Source: Folioceros fuciformis (lineage: Eukaryota). Taken from it: DNA of 64,000 bases. Below, one piece after another: positions 54,628-64,000 of this stretch. The DNA is taken from assembly GCA_049999805.1 (NCBI GenBank), contig JBNGIO010006303.1, positions 17,895 through 81,894 of the forward strand. Direction: 5' to 3'. The translations under genes were made by a program, and so were the position numbers. Below the pieces are notes generated by a model. That model had not been told where the DNA came from, ran no database searches, and saw nothing but the letters and a program-made list of their open reading frames with translations. The stretch's first letter is position 1, and every line of letters starts with the position of its first letter.

Positions 54628-57568
54628 TCACCACTGATCTCCGCATGTACACGCGCCGTTTACGAAGTGGTGATAGCAGCTTGGATCCCTGACAAGAATT
54701 TGACGTTTGACTATTTGGGAAAGGGACTTCAAAGCATTGTGACAGTCCCCGCACACTCTAAGATTCTTTGCTATGCGAATAGTTGTCCCGGGGGGTGTGT
54801 TGATGAGCGCGAAGGCAAGGGCTAGCTTTTCGGCGTGGAGGTGCAGAGGCCTTTCCCTTTCGTCCTCGTCGGCGTCATGTAGCACAACACCTGAGACGGG
54901 GGCATCGTGCCCTGCTTCCTTCAGATACCCCCATAGGTTGTTCACACTAGAGTAGATCTCTTGGGACTGAGGGTGGGACTCATCGCCAGCGGTAAATTCG
55001 TGCACCTTCTGGTTGAACTCGATCGAGCACACGGCGGTCTCCTTCCTGGTGCCGTTCATTACCATCAGCTTTCTCACCCTTGCCTCATCATCCCACCTTT
55101 TCAGATAACCGTAAGTGTTGGCTAGCATGACGTAAGGGGCTGGGTCCTCCTTGTCTATGGCGAAGAGCTTGTCTGCAGCGATTTCTGCCAACTCTATGGC
55201 TCTGTGGTAGCTACAAGCCTTGAGCAGAGCCATCCAGACTCTAGAACCAGGGCGGCCTGGAAGATTGAGGATGAAGTTCTCCGCAGCTTGAAATTGCCTA
55301 GCTCGACCAAGGAGGTCAACCATGCAGGCGTGGTGCTCCTCCTCTGGACTGATGCCATAGTCAGGAGCCATGGACTCATACAACTTTTGGCCCTCCTTCA
55401 CCATACCCAAGTGTGCATATACTCCCAGGGCCGCAGCCAATGCTCCCCGGTCAAGGTCCACTTTTTCCTGGAACAACTGCTTCAAAAGGTCGAGTGCCTC
55501 GCCACCGAGTCCATGCTGGGTGTATGCCGCCAACATCGCTGTCCAGGACACACAGTCCTTGCTTGATAGCTTGTCGAACACCTGGCGAGCATCCTCTATA
55601 CTCCCACACTTGGCGTACATATCTACCAGGCTGTTTTCGATGAAGATGTCAGGGAGTAACTTGCGTTCGTTGATTAGGGTATGGACCTGCTTACCATGCT
55701 CCAAGGCAGCTGCATCTGCACATGCACTAAGAACAGAAGGAAACGTTTTGAATGTCGGCTCAAACTTCTCGTTTAACATCTCCTGGTAAAGCAACAATGC
55801 CTCTTTGCCCAGCCTACACCTGGCATACCCTGTGATGATTGAAGTCCATGAAACAACAGTCCGCTCCTTCATTCTGTCAAAGATCATGCGTGCAGTGTGT
55901 ATGTCCCCACATTTGGCATACATGTCAATGAGAGAATTGACCACGAGTACATCTCCTTCATATTCAGCATTCATGATTTTGGTGTGCATTTGCTGTCCCA
56001 CATCCAGAGCACGTATGCTAGCACAAACATTGAGGGAAAGGACAAAAGTCACCCTGTCGGGTTTTCCACCGCCCTTTGTGAATGCTGTAAACAGTCCCAA
56101 AACTGCTCTACCCCGTCCGGCCGTCATATACCCTGCAAGCATTGCGTTCAATAGTACAACGTCCGGCTGGTTGACACTGTCAAATACTTGACGTGCGCTT
56201 TCTATGCTTCCACATTTGGCATACATGTGGACGAGTGCACACATGACTGCTCTGTCGTTCCCAAATCCACGTCTTTTAATGTCATCATGTATTCGCCTGC
56301 CAAAGTTACGAGTTGAACATGCCATCAGGAGCTGGACATACGCCTGTGAATTCATAATCACACCTTGTTCTTGCATTTTCTGAAAAAGGTGAGATGCCTC
56401 CTTTTCGATCCCATTCTGAGCATATCCAGCAATAATCGTTGTCCATGACAGCAACTGGTGTGCTATCATATTGTCAAAGATGTCACGAGCATCAGATACG
56501 CTCTTGCACTTGACATACATGTCGATGAGGGAGTTCTCCAGCAGAGTATCCAAGACCACGCCACTGCTGATGATATGAGCATGAACTTCCTTCGCCTTCT
56601 CCAAATCAGCCAACTCAGCACATGCCTTCACCATCACAGTTCCCAAAATCTTGTCAGGCTTTACACCTTCTGCCACCATGTTCTGATAGACTTTAAATGC
56701 CTGCTCGCCAAGTCCGACATTGATATAACCCTGAACAAGTGCACTCCAGGAAATGACGTTCTTGTTCCTCAATTTGTCGAACAATTTTTGGGCTTCCGAC
56801 ATCTGTTCACAACTGGTGTACAGCCGGACAAGGTTGGTACCGAGAAATAGCGTCGTCTCCCAACCACGTCGCACAATGTGAGCTCGGACCCGCTCACCCT
56901 CAGCTAGAGACTTCGTCCTGATGCAGTCCTGCAAGAGAGAATCATAAACGTCGTTGTTCACTCGAACCCCTTGCTCCGACATAATATCCAGAAGATGCAG
57001 AGCCTCCTTCAACCGACCCTCTCTGCAGAATTTCCTCAACTCTCCAGAAGGCCCAGGGTCAAGTCTGGAACTTGGAAACCTGTGAGAACGAAGCACACTA
57101 ACCGCAAAATTCAGGCTTTACTTTCCAGCCTACAGTCAGAGCCTCAAAGCTAACAAATCGAGAAGAACGACAACCTGCCCTGACGCCGGGTTGAGCTCTC
57201 AGCATCCAAGGCCCGACGCCCTGTTTCCACCACCACGCCAGAGTCTCGTCGTGAGGACGAAGACTCCTTGCTCATACCTCGCCAGTCCTCACTGTGTAGG
57301 ACCCGACAGAACCCCAAGAGGCTTGACATCTGCAATTGTAAAACATCTGAAAATGCGACGTCACGCAAGATTCCCCGACCTAGCTCGGTTGGCACCAGAT
57401 GACGCCGCCGAAATGAGGTAGGCTCACCTTATGGAGATGACCATTCCAGCTTTCCAGAATAGCTCCCTCAAAGCCACCTGGAGAGCAGCCAGCATTGGCG
57501 GCGGGACTGTACTGGCGCAGCACATGCTTGAATCTGCTCCTCAAACCTCGGATTGAGCTGGTCCCCAT
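54628..57568 (-). CDS. PLS-class PPR protein with E1-E2 and a variant DYW deaminase domain (ends DQW)
   Basis: Exons 57568-57428, 57329-57175 and 57079-54628 are phase-compatible and give 915 aa. About 17 P/L/S repeats, HAEKLA and CGDC zinc motifs, and an Arg/Ser-rich N-terminus resembling a targeting peptide. Confidence 0.93.
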
Positions 57569-58363
57569 AGCTGCGCTGCGTTCAATTGCAGGCGCGTTGT
57601 CAAAGTCGTTTGAGCTAGTTCCAGCACTCACCGGTGTCCGGGACCGGAGAAGCCACGTCCATGTAGCGACGTTGGCGAAAAACTGGCTCTAACAATTTCG
57701 AAACTAGTGAGGTCTGATATCTTTGTGAGAACGCAGTCTGACATCAGATTGCAAGCTGAGGATTCCCGCAACAGTGTCGAGCGGGCAAGACTGCTAAGTT
57801 CTGTCAGGAACGCATTGTTTGTGCAGCCTGCCATGGTGTGAATACAGAATGTTCTGTGGTAAGGCACCGAAACTGATGAGGGCAAAATGCACGGACCATT
57901 TCACAGACTGCCAGTCTGCAACATCCCGAATCCGATTAGTTGCCAATTACATACCCTAGGAGGCAAAACCCGTTAACATGGCGATGTGCTCAAGGGTTCC
58001 TTGTCCATCTCCGTCTCCCCTCCAGCGTCAGGGCTGGAAGCGCATGGGAGGAAGACAGGCAGCAAACGGAACGGCTGTGGAGAATGGGTCACACATCTGT
58101 TCCGTCCCGTTGCAGTTGTATTTTCTAAGCACTCGCATGTGAGGTTCCATGGATGAACAAGGCATGTACAAATTTTTTATTAGGTAACGGTATGTATCCC
58201 TCAGGGGGCGGTTAACAGATTAGGTAGGCAGCCAGGTACATAACTTACGGAAAGCCAAAATAGACACCAGTAGATCCGTCGACAAAAAACCAGACTAAGA
58301 ATCAAGGAGAGCGAATATAATGTACATAGGACCCCCGGATGGCGATTCGCGTGAGGTGTCTTT

Positions 58364-59950
58364 TCACCCCCTCAAGGTCGCGGTCTCAACGTCCGATTGA
58401 GGGGCCAGTGGATGCCGAAATGTGGACTCTCCAGGATCAGTGTTGTTGGATCCACGTATGGCCCTATGATAGACTTGACCACCTGCTAGGAATTACCGGG
58501 GCCAGCGCGTTAGCACTTTCCTGCCTATCCACTTCACTAAGGGGGAGATGCAAGCTGCAATGTGCAAGATGTTTTGGCACAAGATACATGAACCAAGTGT
58601 GGAAACTTACTCTTTGAACTACAGAGGGGATAAAAATGCAGGTGATAGATGACTGTAGCCACGGCGAGACCTGGACAACGTTTCCCAAAGAAAACCGGAG
58701 GTGAAGTCAAGACGTGTGTACTTAATTGCATACTTACAAGCCATTTGCAGGAAAAAGCCTCACCTAGAAGACCTCCTACTACCACATCTTGCCAATGATG
58801 CCAGTAGTTATCCACAAGGGATATGCCGACTAAGGTTGCCAGTAGTAATGGGAATAACGCAATTGTCAATTTGTACATGAACCCATGTCTGTCGTAGATG
58901 CCTAACTTCCCGGCCAGATACCAGGACAGATAACCAAGCCCTGCAAAAGACCCTGCAAGAATCTCGGTGTCACACATTGCTGACACTGTCTTGGGACGGC
59001 GCACACTACGCGCAAGGCCTGTACAGATAGACATGGAAAGGTACTAGTGATGGTCAAAAACGTACAGGAAGTATGTCCACTAGGAAAACTTTTGTAGCCT
59101 TGCTTGATGTCCGACTTGGAAGCTAGAGGACTACAGATAACATTGCCATCTCCAGCATCATCGAATGTCTGAGAACATTTCAGCCACGGTCACCCCGTTA
59201 TCAAAAATTGGCACCAATCAAACATCTTCAACTTCCCATTAGCATGATCTTGAGACAGATAGTTTACCCAGGTGCTAGGTCCTCCCGGAAAACATCGACG
59301 CATGAAATCAGGACGCGGGCGGCCCGTGGAAACCTTGACGATATCGGTGAGCACCGCAGTAATGAATATGGTGTAAACCAAGCCTAGCAAACAGCCAGCG
59401 TCCAGTGAGACGAGTTTGAACACACAGTCTGCACGTTTCCAGTCGTGCAGGCGCAGCACACGAGCAAGCTGAAAGGACACCAAAGTGTTACCAAGAATGG
59501 CGTGGTGGAAATCTCGGGGGTCTCTCCTCACACAATACAAGATGCTGATCACCAAAATTGGTAAAATCAACGCATATAGCTGTCACACGGCCACATCCAC
59601 CACACGCAACATCAGCCTCCAAACTGGTCAATCCGATCAGCATAGCCCCGATCAGAACCGAGGAACAGCAAACGCCAAACCTTGGAACGTACCGGAACGG
59701 ACCAAAAGGGGACTGTGCTATTGTTCAAGGGAAACGTAAGGTTGTTCACGACATATCGATTGATATGTCGATGGAACGGTTCAATAAGGTTGAGGATGCC
59801 GTAGAAGATGATTAGCGCCAGCAGGATGAGCCAGTCGTGTAGGTGGAACCTGAGGAGATGGCACCACCTGTCCTTCCGCGGCCTTTGGGAGACCTGGCCA
59901 TGAGAGTTCGCATTGCCATTTTGCGGCTGCTCATGATCCCCTGCCTCCAT
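58364..59950 (-). CDS. Lipid phosphate phosphatase (PAP2/LPP)
   Basis: Motifs [21 protein letters not shown]1 [10 protein letters not shown]2 SFPSGHTS and C3 [13 protein letters not shown]. The last exon choice (stop at 58364) is inferred. Confidence 0.88.
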
Positions 59951-62047
59951 GTCCCCTAAGCAGCAGCAGCAAGCTCCTTCACAGACGCACAAACAGAAGG
60001 GAACTTCAATACAACCCAATCCAATCCGTTCCCGCCAAAGCAACGGTACCGGTACATTCCACCAGAATAGCACGAATGTACTCCGCAACCTTCCGTAGAA
60101 CAACGTTCACTAGGAAACCGACCTCGACCGGAAACAGGCGCCTGAGACTCTGCAGGTGGTGCCGCAGCGCTCCCCCTCTCCTCTAACGACGCCATCCCTG
60201 GCAGTTGAAAGCACAGGAGTCCCGTGCGCAGCCATTGAAGCCCAGCTGTGTGAAGCCAGCTGCCACCTGAGGAACTTCGAACTCACCCGACTCACAGAAG
60301 GCTGGCCTGCTATGCGACAAGTGTCCGTGGCTGCCAAATATACATGACACGCGTTCTTTTGTTGGGTTTGAGTGTGGTCTATAGCGAATGAAACGTAGCC
60401 AGATGGGCAATCTACAGGAACGAAAACTCATCCGAGCGTCGCCTCATTGGGAATCCTCTCTCCATACACTGGACCTCCTCACTGCCTTTTGGCAATACAG
60501 AGCAGATGGACGCACCGAAGTCGAAAACAATGTGCACGAACCAAGCCTTGGAGCAGAGAGGCCCAGCATCTCATCGACGCTTCGCAGCGGGAATTTGAGA
60601 TGGAATGAGGAAGGAGGCCGTGTCTTTCAGACAGACTTGGCACTGGAGGCACTGTTTGAGCGAGGAAAGGACGATGCTTCATGTGGACAACGCCGAGAAA
60701 CGGGCCCCCGCTTTCCGTCTCTCGAAGACACTTCAGAAATTCAGCATTAACAAGTTCTCGGAAGGATTCCACAAGTTCATGGGATGTTGAAGGAGGTGCA
60801 TACCACAAGTTCATGCGAGGTTGAAGGAGGTTCATGGTATGCAAGAGCTATGTCCATGATTCACCAAGTATAGTGATGCAGCATATGAGACAAAATGTTA
60901 TGAAATTATGAGGGAGAAATTTGGATGCAACTATAACGATGCAAATCACATTTGAGACAAGAATTCAATCAATATTAGAATATTTCGAATCAGCACTGCA
61001 ACAACTATTTCATGTCAAGAAAAGGGGCACACAAGTTAGCTTCACTCAATCTCTTGCTACTTACAAGTCCAACAACGGTTCATTGGCTCTTGCACGATCC
61101 ACAGCAAGAGCAACTTCACCAAGAAGACAACTCACAACCACAACAACAAAATTTGCATTTTTAGTCTCAACAATTTTATGTCAATGAATAGGATCTAAAG
61201 GTGTCATCTTGGTGAAGTTTTTGCTGTTGTGAATAATGTTCTCCAAGCTAACTTTGCCAGACTTGCAAGTTTACAAGACATTGATTCACAACTTGAACAA
61301 CCAACAAAGTTTGCATTTTCAATTTCAATAATTTTATGTCAATGAATGGGATCTAGAGCTCAACTTCAATCCATCTCAACATATTGGGCAACTCTCTTCA
61401 CAACAACAGTCCCCCAAACTCAAGATAACTTCCCGATTACTAATAACAATCACCGTGGTATGAGTGCCTAGAGTAGTTAATCAAAATTCAAACTAGCATG
61501 GGCTCTTAGTCTTTAGTTTAAGGGAGTGGCTTCTTTAGTTGAAAACAAGCAAGTTATAGAAATAATAGATTCAAATATTAATGGTAATTATGTATAATAT
61601 TATTTATGATAAATTACCATAAATGACTATATATAAAAAATACACACGGCTATACAAAGACCAATCCTAGAATACGATGCTTCAAGCACCCCATCTAAGG
61701 ATCTACAAAGCTATGTGAAGACTTTATAGAAAAAAAGAGATGGAAGTTTTATCTACCCCATGACAAGGGGAACAACCCATAATGGGGAAAAGCCAAAAAT
61801 AGGCGACCTAACCCCCTCGTCCACCTAGCTTGTAACTCCCTATCCCCACAAGAAGTCGTATTCAAGTACAAGGTATGGCCTACTTACCATAGAGGCCACT
61901 AAAGCTGCCATCATGCTTGATGTTGTTCAAAAAATCGCATTTGCCAAGGCTTTTTGTAGCACAATCAAAAACCATTTCCGGAAAAAGGCCACCAGGCCGG
62001 ATAATCTTGCTGACGTGATGGGCCTTTGTGTAGGTCTTCAAAAACCT

Positions 62048-62244
62048 CGAAAAATCCTTACCCATGACCCTATTGCAAGGGCTTGTACTTGCAAGTCTTT
62101 CTTGTCGCACTTCCTCCTGCCGCCCAACCTAAGGAGTTGATAACGAAAAATCCTTACCCATGACCCTATTGCAAGGGCTTGTACTTGCAAGTCTTTCTTG
62201 TCGCACTTCCTCCTGCCGCCCAACCCAACCTAAGGAGTTGATAA
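62048..62244. repeat. Near-perfect 96-bp tandem duplication
   Basis: CGAAAAATCCTTACCC...GGAGTTGATAA x2; the second copy has a 5-bp CCAAC expansion. Confidence 0.95.
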
Positions 62245-62639
62245 CAATGTGCTCACTTGATGGTGGTTTGTGACAACCACATCCACTAAATATCTAAGCA
62301 AAGGATGATTTTTATAAGCACTCATCTAAGTATTAATCTAATCAAAGAATGCTTAATCATAACGTTCTCATAAATGTTGTTACAATGGTGTGTCATGATG
62401 TTCTTATAAATGTGTATCACAACATTCAAGCTATTTATCTATCTTATCTATTTAGAATCCAATCGACATAAGTCAAGAATCCTTGAGCTTCTGGACTCCC
62501 AAGGCATATTGCAGGAAGGACTCGCTGGTAGCAAGAATCCCTGAGCTTCCGCACTCCTAAGGCATAATGTTGGACTTATTGGTAGGCCTGAAATGGCTTA
62601 TCACATGATTCCATGTGGAAATCTCCTCAAGCATTAGAA

Positions 62640-63500
62640 AGATAGCAAGTTATGAGCAGCTTTGGATATCAACTTATGGGCAGCTTCCCGCTAATGTGTC
62701 GGAGGAACAACACTTTGTCGAAGGAACAACACTTGGCCCTCGAAGAGCCCAACTCAGCGGCTGAGATGGTCGAAGTGTCGAAGGGGATATTGAGAAACGA
62801 ATCACTAAGTTATGAAAGTATCCTACTTGAATTCCTTTTATGAGGGTGGGATTTTGTGCCACTATTTTTCAAGAAGGTAGTTGGTATGATTTGGAAAGAG
62901 CATAGCATGGGTAAATAGGTCAGCCTAGGTCTCATCTCCCTTCTACCTAAGTAGAATGCTGGTCTCTCAATTTCCAATTAGAGGCTATCACTTTGCCAAG
63001 GTTCTAATAAATAGACTCAAGCCCTTCCTTGATGAGTGGATGGAGGCAGAATAGCAGGGGTTCATCTAAGACAAGTGCATTCTTGATAATCTTTTGCTGT
63101 TGCGTAAAGCCAAGTACAACACTTTGGCCCAGCAGAAGCCGGTTGTCTTCATCTCCTTAGACTTCTATAAGGCTAATGACTCCATCGAATGGCATTTCAT
63201 GTGGTCATGTCTTTGACGTTTTGGGCTGGCAATAACTTTTGTAGATGGATAGCAATCCTCTGCAAAGAGGCAGACGCAATGGTATCCATCAACAGATCCT
63301 TCATTCAACGGTTTGACATCATGTGCCAAACCGTGAACAAGTGATTCACTTGTTCGGTCCATCAAGGATATCTCTTGGCACCCTTTTTTGTTTATCATGG
63401 TGATTGACCTTGTTCTTCGAGGATTAATGTGAATGGCATGCCCAAAGAGATCATTTTGAGGGGAGTAATTAGATAGCAGTCGTATACGGCGGGAGGACCT
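62640..63500 (+). mobile_element. Degenerate non-LTR (L1-like LINE) reverse transcriptase fragment
   Basis: GLISLLPK, *QGFI*DKCILDNLLLL, VFISLDFYKANDSIEWHFMWSCL*RFG and PFLFIMVID, with several stops and frameshifts. Confidence 0.82.
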
Positions 63501-63683
63501 CGCTTTCCACCAAGGTGGTAGCATGGCGTATCTGGGGAAAAATCTCCATGTTATCTAGGTCACCATGGCTAAGCATCTTGCTTATGATTCATTTGAAGCG
63601 GTGCATCGAGAATATTCGGTGCACTCAACAAACGAATTAACACTTGGTTCCACACGTCATTTGAGAAAAAAGTAAGCACACAA

Positions 63684-63783
63684 NNNNNNNNNNNNNNNNN
63701 NNNNNNNNNNNNNNNNNNNNNNNNNNNNNNNNNNNNNNNNNNNNNNNNNNNNNNNNNNNNNNNNNNNNNNNNNNNNNNNNNNN
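63684..63783. other. Assembly gap (100 N)
   Basis: Run of N. Confidence 1.
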
Positions 63784-64000
63784 GTCAATTGGACACTTTA
63801 CTAACTAGGATTTTTTTATTTATGTGCAAGAAGTAAAGAATGTACAAGGCCTCAAAATTTTACTTGAAGCTTTTTAGGCTTTCATCTTAGAGGTCCATAT
63901 GTGGAAAGGACTTGAGAATGAGCAATGTGCTCTGGAAGACTCGGTTATGGAGGTTGGATTGCAAAAGTTCATGGTCCCACACACTGAAGCTGTTATGCAA

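Overview
This is a gene-dense window of eukaryotic (land-plant) nuclear DNA with short (~80-130 nt) spliceosomal introns and three 100-N assembly gaps. The compact introns and a variant DYW-PPR suggest a seed-free plant such as a hornwort; that is inference only. In order, it contains: three secreted legumin-like bicupin paralogs (with a decayed PPR fragment between copies 2 and 3), a MINDY deubiquitinase, OEP16, a PRK/uridine-kinase-like P-loop protein, YqgF/RuvX, an apparently intronless EH-domain protein, alpha-tubulin, a LYAR zinc-finger protein, plastid IF3, PAC2/PSMG2, full-length SKI3, URM1, a GT92 glycosyltransferase, LPEAT2, tRNA-Arg(CCG), an F-box protein, a dienelactone hydrolase, a PLS-E-DYW PPR, a lipid phosphate phosphatase and degenerate LINE debris. 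Two things stand out. (1) A ~75-nt three-way-junction RNA-like element occurs three times in the 3' UTRs of the bicupin genes; its junctions are near-invariant and its distal stem changes sequence while keeping its pairing. (2) The PPR editing factor has a deaminase domain (TAVCSIE / GH / HAEKLA / terminal DQW) that looks intermediate between canonical C-to-U DYW domains and the KP-type domains linked to U-to-C editing. Gene models were spliced by eye and family calls come from recalled motifs, not database searches.
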